IMG/VR virus record: IMGVR_UViG_3300042343_001542
Strand: one strand, 5' to 3'
DNA length: 64,000 bases
From: an uncultured virus (IMG/VR IMGVR_UViG_3300042343_001542)
Lineage: Duplodnaviria > Heunggongvirae > Uroviricota > Caudoviricetes
This document shows positions 25,091 to 35,107 of the stretch, one piece after another; the stretch's first letter is position 1, and each line of letters starts with the position of its first letter. The notes beneath the pieces are model-generated. The model saw only the letters and a list, made by a program, of their open reading frames with translations, had not been told where the DNA came from and ran no database searches. The position numbers were made by a program, and so were the translations under genes.

Positions 25091-26905
25091 TTATGAACTA
25101 CAAGCCAAACATTCTTCACCAGAAATAATATCCTGAAGGTTGATTTCTTCAATAATATTTCTTTCAATTTGTTTAGAGACTTTATCAGATTTCTTTAAGC
25201 TATCAGAACGGCAATAATATAACGTTGGTAATTTTTCTTTCCAAGCTTTAAAATGAACCGCATGAAGGTATTTAATATGCGCGTCTGGTCTGAAAAATAA
25301 GTTCAACGACTGAGTTTGGTCAATAAACTTTTGTCTATCCGCAGCAAAATCCACTACCCAACGTTGATCAATTTCCATCGCAGTTTTGAATACTTCTTTT
25401 TCTTCATCAGTAAACATATCCATATGTTGTATAGAACCGTCATTAGAAATAATATCCAACCAAATAGAATCGTAGTCTAGTTTGGAGTTACCCTTTATCT
25501 TTTCTTTAATTAACTCGTCGAGTACGTGATTCTTGTTCAAATGAGAACCGGACATAGTATCTTGACGATAAGCATTTGCTCTAATAGGTTCAATAGAAGG
25601 GGAAATATTACCCATAATAATAGAAGTAGAAGCAGTAGGAGCAATCGCCATTAAATGACTAAACCTTTGATAATATAGTTTTTCTCCAATAACCCCTTCT
25701 TCAAAATCCGGACAATTTCCTCTTTCAAACCCTAATTCTTTATTAGCTTGATCTAAATGAGTTCTAATATTCTTAAATATCTGCATATTCCTGGATTTTG
25801 CCATAGCACATTCAAAAGGAATACTATTTTGTTGCAGATAAGTATGAAATCCTAGCGTTCCAATACCAATTGCTCTTTCTCTCATTGCTGAATATTTTGC
25901 TCTTGAAATTGCTTCTGGAGCATTATCAATAAAAGTTGTTAGTACATTATCCAACATTTCCGCAACATCTCTGAAAAACTGATAATTATCTTTATATTCA
26001 TCATAATATCTTAAATTCATAGAAGATAAACAACAAACAGCAGTTCTTTCCTCATTTACAGGAAGAATGATTTCTGAACAAATATTGCTTTGTTTAATTT
26101 CTAGACCAAGATTCTTTTGAAACTCTGGCATTTGTTCATTAGCAGTATCAAGGAATAGAATATAAGGTTCGCCAGTTTGCATTCTCAATTCAAGAATCTT
26201 TTGCCAAAGTTCTCTTGCAGATACAACTTCTCTAATCTTTCCTGGATTGTGTTGATCATAAAGTTCCCAAGAATCATCAAAATCAGGATCAATCATACAT
26301 TGCTCAATGATGTTCATAAACTTGTCAGTGAGCATAATTCCATGATGAAGATTCAAACATTTAACGTTTTGATCTCCTGTGGGTTTCCTCATTTCAAGGA
26401 ACATCATCACATCAGGGTGGTCAATCCTCAAATACGCTGCATATGAACCTCTACGGGTTTTTCCTTGGCGGTAAGCAAGACAAGAAGCATCATAAATCTT
26501 CAAATGAGGCATAACTCCGACAGATTTATCGTCTGCAGACCTGATGTGAACACCAATACCAACTCCACCACCAAGCATTGAAAGTGTATTTACTTCTGAT
26601 AAAGTATCAATTAATCCAGAAGCAGAGTCTTCCATGCTGGAAAGGAAACATGAAATTGGAAGACCACTTTTAGATTTACCATAAGAAAGGATAGGGGTAG
26701 CAAACGATAACCAATGTTTAGAAGAATAGTCGTATAATCGTTGAGCGTGTTCTAAATTTGTTCCAAACGCTTTAGAAACAAAGGCAAACCTTTGTTGAGG
26801 GGAATCCTCGTCATCTTTCATATACGATTCTTTAAGACGCTTGATTCCTAATGAATCAAATAAATTATCTCTTTCTGGTTGTATTTCTAGCCCTAGATAT
26901 TCCAT
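25091..26905 (-). CDS. nrdA: Ribonucleotide reductase class Ia alpha subunit
   Basis: PISCF, GGGVG, SNICSEI, AIAPTAS, TLYY, C-terminal CxxC. Confidence 0.97.
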   Translation of the reverse strand: MEYLGLEIQPERDNLFDSLGIKRLKESYMKDDEDSPQQRFAFVSKAFGTNLEHAQRLYDYSSKHWLSFATPILSYGKSKSGLPISCFLSSMEDSASGLIDTLSEVNTLSMLGGGVGIGVHIRSADDKSVGVMPHLKIYDASCLAYRQGKTRRGSYAAYLRIDHPDVMMFLEMRKPTGDQNVKCLNLHHGIMLTDKFMNIIEQCMIDPDFDDSWELYDQHNPGKIREVVSARELWQKILELRMQTGEPYILFLDTANEQMPEFQKNLGLEIKQSNICSEIILPVNEERTAVCCLSSMNLRYYDEYKDNYQFFRDVAEMLDNVLTTFIDNAPEAISRAKYSAMRERAIGIGTLGFHTYLQQNSIPFECAMAKSRNMQIFKNIRTHLDQANKELGFERGNCPDFEEGVIGEKLYYQRFSHLMAIAPTASTSIIMGNISPSIEPIRANAYRQDTMSGSHLNKNHVLDELIKEKIKGNSKLDYDSIWLDIISNDGSIQHMDMFTDEEKEVFKTAMEIDQRWVVDFAADRQKFIDQTQSLNLFFRPDAHIKYLHAVHFKAWKEKLPTLYYCRSDSLKKSDKVSKQIERNIIEEINLQDIISGEECLACSS

Positions 26906-27125
26906 ATTTCTTTCCTTATTTTTATTTTTACCATTGATCGACATCTACAATTGAAACTTTTAATTCCCCTTCCACACCATTTATACTGTGAGGTAAAATT
27001 AGATCCAAACAATACCCTAATCCAGAAGATTCTGTATATTCTAGTTCATAATTTTTATCTTGCTCGGGGAACTTATTTATAATTTCCAAAATTTTCTCTA
27101 TATCTTTTTTCTTAAACTGTATTTT

Positions 27126-27509
27126 TTACACATTATCACACACCAAAAAATTTTCAAGATTAGAATCAGTCAAGTATTTTATATATACAGGCTTTTTATG
27201 TTTCTTCATATAATCAATCATATGTCTAGTGCCTTTAGAATAACCATTCCAAACGGCAACTAAACAATCGGAATAATTACCCATTTGTTCGTTTCTAATT
27301 GGTCCTGCTGCCCTTCCTTGCCCTTTCCAATCAGCATAAAAATATGACAATTTGATGTTGTTTTCTTTAGCGAAACGTTCGCCCAAGGAATCAACCCCTT
27401 GGGCACCGCCGCAAACAATTTCGGTAACATCAAATCCAGATTCTTGTACAGATTTAACTACTAAATCGTAATTAGTAATACTTCTAGATCCTGCTATGAT
27501 AACTCTCAT
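27126..27509 (-). CDS. YspA/SLOG (DUF2493-like) protein
   Basis: RVIIAGSR, GGA.GVD, AGPIRN..M, W.G.SKGT.HM. Confidence 0.85.
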   Translation of the reverse strand: MRVIIAGSRSITNYDLVVKSVQESGFDVTEIVCGGAQGVDSLGERFAKENNIKLSYFYADWKGQGRAAGPIRNEQMGNYSDCLVAVWNGYSKGTRHMIDYMKKHKKPVYIKYLTDSNLENFLVCDNV

Positions 27510-27709
27510 AGAAAACCAAAAAGTCTATACAAATTTTGTGCGGATATAAAATCAATTTCTTCCTCGCCTTCTTCTATAATATATTTTACAAATAATTCTA
27601 GATCTTTAGGATCAAAACAAATAGTATCAGAATCGCAACATTCTTGATAATATCCGTTGGATTTAAATACCAATTCTTTAATAAGAGGATTTATTTCTTT
27701 AGTTTCCAT
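27506..27709 (-). CDS. Hypothetical protein
   Basis: In-line ORF. Confidence 0.55.
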   Translation of the reverse strand: METKEINPLIKELVFKSNGYYQECCDSDTICFDPKDLELFVKYIIEEGEEEIDFISAQNLYRLFGFL

Positions 27710-27876
27710 TCTTCAACCTTAATCTCGTATGCATAATCATTACAAGGTATATAACGGCTATATCTATCATATTCTTTCATTGCTGCTTCTGGATTATCAA
27801 AAATAGCAATAATAGAAAATCTTCTTGGAATAATATATCTATGTTGTTCTATTAAGATATAAACCGTATCCTCCAT
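27691..27876 (-). CDS. Hypothetical protein
   Basis: In-line ORF. Confidence 0.55.
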   Translation of the reverse strand: MEDTVYILIEQHRYIIPRRFSIIAIFDNPEAAMKEYDRYSRYIPCNDYAYEIKVEEWKLKK

Positions 27877-28296
27877 TTACAGATCACCTTCCTTACGATT
27901 TTCTGAATAATGAACATCGAATTGTCCAGCAGGATACCTATTAATCAACTTATTAACGTTTTCTCTGATAACGTCATTTGGATCTAAATCCAATGCACGA
28001 CAAGCATTAATCCAATACCAAGCAATATCCCCAAGTTCTCTATATAGATGATACTTGGTATCTTCATCCAAAGGTTTTCCTTGAAACAAAACCTTTTTAA
28101 CAATTTCGTCGAACTCACCACCTTCAGAAGCAAGTCCAATACCAGCAGTCAATAGTAGCGGAATATTAGCAACTTTTTGGTGTTGTAATTCCTTTACCCT
28201 ATTGATAAAGAATTCTACGTCATTAGATTCATTAGATGTTACCGAAGCAACAAACTCTTTATAACGATTTAAATCAACTTTACTTGCCTTATTCAT
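27877..28296 (-). CDS. MazG-like NTP pyrophosphohydrolase
   Basis: GL.SE.GE..EIVKK...ELGDI.WY...N..KL..RYP. Confidence 0.9.
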   Translation of the reverse strand: MNKASKVDLNRYKEFVASVTSNESNDVEFFINRVKELQHQKVANIPLLLTAGIGLASEGGEFDEIVKKVLFQGKPLDEDTKYHLYRELGDIAWYWINACRALDLDPNDVIRENVNKLINRYPAGQFDVHYSENRKEGDL

Positions 28297-28299
28297 ATT

Positions 28300-29142
28300 T
28301 TATTCACCTTTATTAAATTTATACTCAATATCTGCCCTATGTTGTTTCCAACCCCTAAAGTTTTTATGATATTCTTTATCTTTTGTTGGAGTTGCTTGAT
28401 GTTCTGTTGGAGAAGCATGAATTGGTACAGAACCAACCAAATCGTCATACAATTTAAAATCCTTTTCTTTTGATGGTTTTTTTCCATCATGAGTTAGATA
28501 ACTCACCCTAGCACATCTTGCTCCCGACATTTTAATACAATCAATCATAAGATTATTACAAATTTCATTATCTGTAACGTAAGGTAAATGCCAATCCCCA
28601 TAATTCAATTTTGTAGGGACTGAATTAAGATATTCTCCATACATTTCACAAGTAAGGGCATAAATTTCTGGTTGAGCATCGCTATGCATTCTTAATTCAA
28701 AGAAATTATCCCATTCAGTAGATGTTACAATAGTCTTAGTCCACATCCAAGGTTCAATAATTCTATTAGAAATTTGCTTATGCAATCCAATTTTATTTAA
28801 AGCATAAGCAACTAAACAAGCAGGGTATCTAGCAAAACTCCAAAGAAATTTAGCGATTGACAGTTCCCCGCCAGATAGTTCTTCTTTTGCTTGCATCCCG
28901 GGTTGATTCTTACCCCAAAAAACTGGAATAACTGGGTCAGAAATAACATCAGCAATCATTTTCTTAACTGGGATTGCTCTGGATGAAGCGGAATTTCTAG
29001 AAAATACTCTATGTGTGTTGAACTCAGATAAAATGAACCTACAATAACGAAGCTCGAAAGTTGTTAACCTAACCCCTAAAGGAGAGATACTATCGCAAAT
29101 AATTTTAGCACTAATTCCGCCATTATCATTCTTTTTAGACAT
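28300..29142 (-). CDS. thyX: FAD-dependent thymidylate synthase
   Basis: EFNTHRVFSRNSASSRA, HKQ..NR, CARVSY, HASP.EH. Confidence 0.93.
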   Translation of the reverse strand: MSKKNDNGGISAKIICDSISPLGVRLTTFELRYCRFILSEFNTHRVFSRNSASSRAIPVKKMIADVISDPVIPVFWGKNQPGMQAKEELSGGELSIAKFLWSFARYPACLVAYALNKIGLHKQISNRIIEPWMWTKTIVTSTEWDNFFELRMHSDAQPEIYALTCEMYGEYLNSVPTKLNYGDWHLPYVTDNEICNNLMIDCIKMSGARCARVSYLTHDGKKPSKEKDFKLYDDLVGSVPIHASPTEHQATPTKDKEYHKNFRGWKQHRADIEYKFNKGE

Positions 29143-30157
29143 ATTTAAACCCATTCTCTTTTTTTGTTTTATTAAAATTATACCCAATCATTTCTAATTC
29201 TGAAACTAAAAAATATAATGATTTTCTATTTTTTCTTATTTTCGTATTTAAATTATCAAAAAAACTAATATCACAGTTATATTTTTCACAAAATCTTCTC
29301 GGACTATTAAAAATACCTAGAGGAGTTTCTATCATTTTATCAGTTTTGTTTAAAATTGTCAATGAAGTTTTTAGGTTTAATCTACCAAACTTCCACCCAT
29401 CTGGTAAACAATCAGTTATTTTGTTTATCATTTTTGAATCTACTCCATTATTGATCCAAACAAAAGGTGTTCCTATAGTATAATTCTCAGGAATATTATT
29501 TTTATCAATTTTTAAAACAATACCAGTTATATTACAATAACAACTAATTTTACCTACATTCTTATCATTTCCTTTATTAGCATTTGGGTTTCCTTTAACA
29601 TATCCCACCGGAGGGGTATCAAAATTTTTTATGGAGATAACTTTTCCAGTTTTTGGGTTATGGTAATAAACATTATTTTTATGCATACCAGAAAACTTTT
29701 TCTTAGTTTCTGGAGAAGAACCTTTAATCCAATTATCGGGTTGAGCACCCTTTTCATAAAATTTTGAAATTCCCGTCAAGGGATCATAATATTTTTCTTT
29801 ATTTTCGTTTGGACAAACTCTACCAGTAAATTTTTCTTTACATAATTGGGAATTGTACTCTTTTAATAAACTATATACCCAAGAATTTATTTTATAATTT
29901 CTATCTTGATTTCCATTAGAAACTCGCATACATATAAAAGCGTATTTTAATTTATCATCGTCAGACATTTTAGTTAAAAGAAGATGGCAAATGAAATGCT
30001 CTCTAGCAGAGAGTTTTATCAGGTTTTCTTTATCATCTGAACCCCCTAAACATTTTGGTATTATATGATGATTTTCAGTATATCCATCATAAGTTTTATT
30101 CTTTGAATTTTCTACAATTGAAAAATAGATTTTTTTATATTTGTTTTCTTTAAACAT
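29135..30157 (-). CDS. HNH homing endonuclease with repeated C-terminal modules
   Basis: YTENHHIIPKCLGG.D...NL..LSAREHFICHLLL; repeated Y....TG...P..W/Y..G units. Confidence 0.9.
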   Translation of the reverse strand: MFKENKYKKIYFSIVENSKNKTYDGYTENHHIIPKCLGGSDDKENLIKLSAREHFICHLLLTKMSDDDKLKYAFICMRVSNGNQDRNYKINSWVYSLLKEYNSQLCKEKFTGRVCPNENKEKYYDPLTGISKFYEKGAQPDNWIKGSSPETKKKFSGMHKNNVYYHNPKTGKVISIKNFDTPPVGYVKGNPNANKGNDKNVGKISCYCNITGIVLKIDKNNIPENYTIGTPFVWINNGVDSKMINKITDCLPDGWKFGRLNLKTSLTILNKTDKMIETPLGIFNSPRRFCEKYNCDISFFDNLNTKIRKNRKSLYFLVSELEMIGYNFNKTKKENGFKYV

Positions 30158-30176
30158 AACGGACCTCCTTATCCAT

Positions 30177-30184
30177 TATTTATA
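30177..30184 (-). promoter_or_regulatory. Late promoter at the apex of an RBS-sequestering hairpin
   Basis: Minus strand CTTCTGTCATTA-TAAA-TAATGGATAAGGAG before the HNH ATG. Confidence 0.7.
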
Positions 30185-30196
30185 ATGACAGAAGTT

Positions 30197-30301
30197 TTAA
30201 GTAAACTCTGCTAAAATAAACCTTGGATATTTCAGTTCGAAAGTCGTAACCCTAACACCTTCTGGTGAAATACTATCTTTAATAATTTTTGCTTCAATCA
30301 T
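30197..30301 (-). pseudogene. thyX: Orphan 5' fragment of thyX (34 aa)
   Basis: MIEAKIIKDSISPEGVRVTTFELKYPRFILAEFT* aligns with ISAKIICDSISPLGVRLTTFELRYCRFILSEFN of the intact copy. Confidence 0.9.
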
Positions 30302-30767
30302 TAATTTTCTCCACATCTACTCCTATTTTTTTCAAATATTTTTTTTCCAAGAATTTATAATATCCAGTTTTCATCAATTTCTCTCTAGAGAAATTTAGTA
30401 TATCGTTTCTTTGACCTATTATTATGAGATATTTACTATTGCTAGTATTAACGCCATTCATAAATTGAGGATTGTTAACGTCATCTACAAAATATTGATA
30501 ATCTCTAGAAATGCTATTATAAAAATCAATTAAATAATTTGCTATCGTATAAGTTAATACATTATTAATATCAATAAACATAAACAGTTGTTTTGAACTT
30601 CTTTCTCTTTTCAAAACTTGTATCAGTAACATTTCTTCTGATTCAATTATATCAAACAGAATTTCCGCATTTTTAGCAAACGGACAAATAGGAAAACCAT
30701 TTAACTCTTTTCTTGGAGTAGAAACAAATTCTTTCCAAGAATTAAGATGTTCTAGCACTTTTTCCAA
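30294..30767 (-). CDS. Hypothetical protein
   Basis: ORF with P.CPFAK motif. Confidence 0.65.
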   Translation of the reverse strand: MEKVLEHLNSWKEFVSTPRKELNGFPICPFAKNAEILFDIIESEEMLLIQVLKRERSSKQLFMFIDINNVLTYTIANYLIDFYNSISRDYQYFVDDVNNPQFMNGVNTSNSKYLIIIGQRNDILNFSREKLMKTGYYKFLEKKYLKKIGVDVEKIND

Positions 30768-31762
30768 TTATTAAACTCCAATTCTGCGCGCAACCCCTCA
30801 AACGTATTTTCTTCTATTATACGTTGAATTTGAGGTTTAGTAAATCCATTCAATACCGCTTCATTTATATCTTTACCATGAAAACTAGAAGGAAATAAAC
30901 AAACCATAAACCCTTTATCTATCGCTTTCTTTATTTGTTTCACAATACTCGTATTTCTGGGTTCGTTATCAAACACCAAAACCAATTTTTCTTTTCCCAA
31001 ATATTCAGCAACGGTCAAATTAGAATCTGCAGTAGCAATAGCGTTTTTGAGAAACATAGAATCTACTGGACCTTCTGTCACATATATTGTTTCTTTTTTA
31101 TTTAACCTATCTAAACCAAATATTTTCGGTTTATCTTCATCCAATTTTATTGTAATATACCTCAAAGGGTTTTTATTCAAAGCTCTCCCCTGAAGAGCGA
31201 AAATATCACCATTCTCGTTCCTAAACGGAATAACAATTCTGGGATCGTTATCAACCAATTCTTTTTCATAATCTGGTTTAATACTTATTACGAAACTTTT
31301 AAAGTCTTCAGCAAAATAAAGGTCTTTATGTTGACCTTTTGGTATTTTTCTTCCTAGGATATAACGTTTTGCGGGATTATCTTCAGACAAAGAACTAATA
31401 GCAGGAATATTTAGCGTGGGGGTTTTGTTAAAAACTGGTTTTTTGAATTCTACCGTTTTTGGTTTTGAATAATTTCCGTGTTTACTTGATCCAGCAGAAA
31501 ATCTTTCCAAAGAATATTCTTTAGCTAGGAAAGGGTCAAGATATTCTAATACTTTATAGAAAGTTGTAGAAATTTCACAATTAAAACAGCGGAAGAAAAG
31601 GTTGTCTGCCTTTTTATAAAAGAATCCTCTTTTTTTGGATTTCTTTTTAGCAGAATCTCCACAATATGGACACCTGCAATTCCAAAGTTCTTGTTTCTTT
31701 TGAACGAAACCGTCCAATTTTACAGAAAGCAGTTTCAGATATTTTGTGTCAAGATAGAACAT
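30752..31762 (-). CDS. DNA primase (gp61-like)
   Basis: CPYCGDS...CFNC zinc finger; TOPRIM EGP.D, FDNEPRN, KDINE. Confidence 0.95.
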   Translation of the reverse strand: MFYLDTKYLKLLSVKLDGFVQKKQELWNCRCPYCGDSAKKKSKKRGFFYKKADNLFFRCFNCEISTTFYKVLEYLDPFLAKEYSLERFSAGSSKHGNYSKPKTVEFKKPVFNKTPTLNIPAISSLSEDNPAKRYILGRKIPKGQHKDLYFAEDFKSFVISIKPDYEKELVDNDPRIVIPFRNENGDIFALQGRALNKNPLRYITIKLDEDKPKIFGLDRLNKKETIYVTEGPVDSMFLKNAIATADSNLTVAEYLGKEKLVLVFDNEPRNTSIVKQIKKAIDKGFMVCLFPSSFHGKDINEAVLNGFTKPQIQRIIEENTFEGLRAELEFNNWKKC

Positions 31763-31790
31763 AACGAAAATGAAAGGTTGTAAAAGTTCT

Positions 31791-31860
31791 ATTCTACCCC
31801 TATTACGAGAAAAGTAAAATTAAAAAAAAGCTTTACTTTTTATAAAAATGAAAATAAGAT
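31791..31860. promoter_or_regulatory. Divergent pair of early-type promoters
   Basis: Minus TTTACT-N16-TAGAAT (31791-31818) and plus TTTACT-N17-TAAGAT (31832-31860). Confidence 0.6.
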
Positions 31861-31889
31861 AAGTATGTACCCCGGTTGATCTATAGATA

Positions 31890-32444
31890 TTAGAATTCTT
31901 CTACTTCTTTAAAAGCTCTAGTACAGTCTACTCCGTTTATACAATAAGAAAACCTTCTATCGTAAGAAATAGTTATAGTATTTTTAATTCCAAAAACTTT
32001 ATTAATTTGAATAGGTATTCTATTTTCGTCATTACAAGCGCCATTTTCGCTGCATAACGTCAATTCGATTATACCAAATAAACCGTCTACTTTATCAATA
32101 GATATTACTTTAAATTTTTCTGCCTTTTTAGGCTGTATTGTAGTATTTTCTATAACTAAAAAACTACCGTTTATATCAGTGTCGTGTATATTAACTATTA
32201 AATCTCCAATCGAAGATCTCCATTTTCCTTCTACATACCTTAATAATTTTTCTCTTGTTTCTGATTGTAAAAGGTGCAATTCTTCTTCTGTTATTGCGTG
32301 CCTTCCGATAATGTTTGCTGGGGATAATATTTCTTGCCAGAATAAACTTCCAAAAGCTCCAATTAAAATGCCAATACAAAAAAATGCTATTTTTATTCTA
32401 AGATTGAGGCAGTTATTTGACAAACTTTTATCCTTTAAAATCAT
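31890..32444 (-). CDS. Membrane-anchored Cys-containing protein
   Basis: N-terminal transmembrane helix, two C-terminal Cys pairs. Confidence 0.6.
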   Translation of the reverse strand: MILKDKSLSNNCLNLRIKIAFFCIGILIGAFGSLFWQEILSPANIIGRHAITEEELHLLQSETREKLLRYVEGKWRSSIGDLIVNIHDTDINGSFLVIENTTIQPKKAEKFKVISIDKVDGLFGIIELTLCSENGACNDENRIPIQINKVFGIKNTITISYDRRFSYCINGVDCTRAFKEVEEF

Positions 32445-32851
32445 TTTAACCCCTTATTATTATATTCTTCTAATATTTTTTTAACTACTTCTTGAGAATT
32501 CTCTATTCTCATAGTATTCGATTTTTGTTGATTTATAATAACAGTATTCCACAATACACCCAAAAAGGCTGTAAGTATGAAAGCAACCAGAGCAAAAACG
32601 ATTTTTCTAATTAATCTCATTTCAGGCATCTCCTGTCTGAGAGAATCAACCATTTCTTCAAGGTCTTTTAGTCTGTCTTCGAAATCGTCAACAGATTTTT
32701 TACTTCTTATTTCTTCTTTTAATTTTTCGAGTTTATTTAAAACTTCGTTATATGAAGAATCCATTCTATTCAAAGATTTTTGATTCTCCAATAAGTCTCT
32801 TTCTAACACGAAAACCTTTGACCAAAGTTCTTGAGGATTGTTCTGATCCAA
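32441..32851 (-). CDS. Coiled-coil protein with a single transmembrane helix (lysis-associated?)
   Basis: Heptad N-half plus IVFALVAFILTAFLGVLW; near the endolysin. Confidence 0.55.
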   Translation of the reverse strand: MDQNNPQELWSKVFVLERDLLENQKSLNRMDSSYNEVLNKLEKLKEEIRSKKSVDDFEDRLKDLEEMVDSLRQEMPEMRLIRKIVFALVAFILTAFLGVLWNTVIINQQKSNTMRIENSQEVVKKILEEYNNKGLK

Positions 32852-32982
32852 AGTAATATTCCTTTATTTTAGGCGTTTTTATAGTCAATAAAGGGAATAC
32901 TCCCCGAAAACATTAATTTTATATAATTATTTATTATTCTTTAAAATTGAAAGATATTTATTATATCTAACTTTTCGGTCAG

Positions 32983-33609
32983 CTAATTATTCTTATTTTT
33001 ACAATTATCGCCATGCCATCTTGAATAATTCCTAATATCAATATGTTTTCCGCAAAATTCGCAGGTTTTCTTTGGCGCGTTTAATGTATTGATTCTCATA
33101 ATTTCTATATGAGAATCACTTTTTTTCTTTCCTGATAAAGCTCTTGATATCGCTGCTCTACTATCATTTCTTTTAGAAGGATTATTTTCTCCCTCCATCA
33201 ATTTAGAATGATCTGGTCTTGAAATTCCTTTTAATTTTGAAGGCTTTCCTCTGTTTGGTGAAGGTTTATTCCACATATGGTTCAAACAGCCAGTTTGAGA
33301 TTCTGAAAAGGCTTTTCTGGCAATTTCAAATTGTTTTGAATTGAAATTTCTTTCTTGACTTTTATTTTTGCTTTTGGTCATTTTGTGGAAAGCTAAAGCA
33401 CTCGGTCTGGTTTTATAGTGTTTCCATAATAACCAATGAGCAACAAAATGTTCTCTTGCTGTCAATAATACCAAATTATCTTTTGAATTATTTCCACCCA
33501 ACCATTTTGGAATAATATGATGCTTTTCAAAATATTCTGTTCCGCCCTTTTTCCTACCAATTAATTTTTTGGAAGAAATTAATTTTTCGTAATGTTTCAA
33601 ATAATTCAT
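32983..33609 (-). CDS. HNH homing endonuclease
   Basis: EKHHIIPKWLGG.N..DNLV.LTAREHFVAHWLL; C-terminal CxxC...H...C. Confidence 0.9.
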   Translation of the reverse strand: MNYLKHYEKLISSKKLIGRKKGGTEYFEKHHIIPKWLGGNNSKDNLVLLTAREHFVAHWLLWKHYKTRPSALAFHKMTKSKNKSQERNFNSKQFEIARKAFSESQTGCLNHMWNKPSPNRGKPSKLKGISRPDHSKLMEGENNPSKRNDSRAAISRALSGKKKSDSHIEIMRINTLNAPKKTCEFCGKHIDIRNYSRWHGDNCKNKNN

Positions 33610-33612
33610 ATA

Positions 33613-34428
33613 TCAAGGTTTTAATATTTTTAGATATTTTTCAAATTTAATTTTTCTACTTTGAAGTCCATTTGTGCCGCCATTAATTTTTTTAGTCATA
33701 CCAGTAACATCGTTTTTATCGCAATAACGATTTAGATTATTTGTTGACCAGTACCAACAGGCAGACATAATTGCAATTTTTTTATCCTTTAATATTAAGT
33801 CTGGATCACTAACTAATCTTAAATCGTTATATAAAAATTTAGAACAAGCAGTATAATTAGTTTTCCCGGTACATTGAATTGGTCCTCTCCCTCTGAATTT
33901 ATATCCATCTCCTGAAGCAGAAGAACCGTTTCCCATTCTATTAGCATATACTCTATTTGCTATTTTTTGGGGGTTTTTTGCATAAGAACTCGCCGCAGCA
34001 ACAGAAGCAAAATATTTAGGAAAGGTCTTTCTCAATCCTGCCGCAGAATAATAAAGATTTTCTTCCATAACGGTATAATCTAAACATTCATGGCAAGTTT
34101 GTGCCAAAAATCCAGCAACTCTTTCTGGAGTATTAATTCCATATTTTGGTAAAACGTCATATATTGCGTCGTACCATTCTTTTTCTTGTGGGTTTATTAA
34201 TATTTTCGAAAACTTTTCAAAAGTGAAATCGAAAGTATAAAGATTTTTATTTAAATCTTTTATATCTTCCCTAGTTACTATTATGTTATCAGCTTTGAGC
34301 TTATCTGAATTTTCTTTTTGTATCGGTTTTAACTCTGGAACCTTTCCATCCAATGCATTTTGAAATACCTTTTCTTCGTATGTAGTAGGAGATTTGAAAA
34401 TAGATATTATTTTTGAAAAAATGCTCAT
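33613..34428 (-). CDS. GH19 family endolysin
   Basis: FLAQ..HE, ENL.YSA, IANRVYANRMGNG, GDG.KFRGRG.IQ.TG, INGG.NG. Confidence 0.93.
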   Translation of the reverse strand: MSIFSKIISIFKSPTTYEEKVFQNALDGKVPELKPIQKENSDKLKADNIIVTREDIKDLNKNLYTFDFTFEKFSKILINPQEKEWYDAIYDVLPKYGINTPERVAGFLAQTCHECLDYTVMEENLYYSAAGLRKTFPKYFASVAAASSYAKNPQKIANRVYANRMGNGSSASGDGYKFRGRGPIQCTGKTNYTACSKFLYNDLRLVSDPDLILKDKKIAIMSACWYWSTNNLNRYCDKNDVTGMTKKINGGTNGLQSRKIKFEKYLKILKP

Positions 34429-34511
34429 ATTCTAACCCTCTGTTTTACCATAAAAATAAAGGGTTAGAAATACGTCTAACCCTTACGTTGATATCTAATT
34501 CATATTTTGGT

Positions 34512-34934
34512 TTATTTTAGTTCTCTTAACTTATAAGCAGTAGAATTACAAAGAGAAAGGATTTCGTCGATAATGTTTTGAATTTCAGAAACGTCAGAAA
34601 TCATTTGTCTATTTGAATCTATCCATTTGGTTAGATTTCCAACAACGCTTAGACCATCAGGAGAAGATTCTTTAACGTTCGGAAACATTTGGAACTTTCC
34701 GTACCTTCCAATATAAGATTCAGCAAAAGAATCAACCAAAGGAATAATACCGTCGTAAAAATCGTTTAATGCTATATGAGCCGCATAACTCGGGGTCATA
34801 AGGTGAGCGAAATGTGCGGCATTTCTAGCTGCAAACGCTCTGGCAATCAATTCTGCGGCTTTTGCTGATGGGTCTTGTCCATCAATAGCTTCTTCTAGGT
34901 CTAGTTCTTCTGTAATTTCTCTAAAAGTGATCAT
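34512..34934 (-). CDS. Ferritin/Dps-like four-helix protein
   Basis: H..HL....YA.H.AL..FYD......D..AE...G; NI.DEI......T.Y.L. Confidence 0.65.
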   Translation of the reverse strand: MITFREITEELDLEEAIDGQDPSAKAAELIARAFAARNAAHFAHLMTPSYAAHIALNDFYDGIIPLVDSFAESYIGRYGKFQMFPNVKESSPDGLSVVGNLTKWIDSNRQMISDVSEIQNIIDEILSLCNSTAYKLRELK

Positions 34935-35107
34935 ACCTTTCTCCTATTATTTAATCTTTTTCTTTTGAAGATTCCTACCATAACGTTTTTAGGTCCAGGA
35001 GGTTCTTCTCCAGGAGCAACCCCGGCAATACCAGCAACTCCAGTAAATTCGTTAATTATTTCTTCAAACTCTTTGATAAGTTTCTTTTTGTAGTTATTCT
35101 TTTTCAT
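34931..35107 (-). CDS. Small hypothetical protein (58 aa)
   Basis: ATGA overlaps on both sides; GVAGIAG...EPPG; absent from the ORF track. Confidence 0.6.
   Translation of the reverse strand: MKKNNYKKKLIKEFEEIINEFTGVAGIAGVAPGEEPPGPKNVMVGIFKRKRLNNRRKV

Noticed and set aside
29135..30301. Group I intron in thyX
   Set aside because: Only about 40 nt of non-coding sequence flank the HNH, no intron core is recognisable, and the downstream thyX is already complete.
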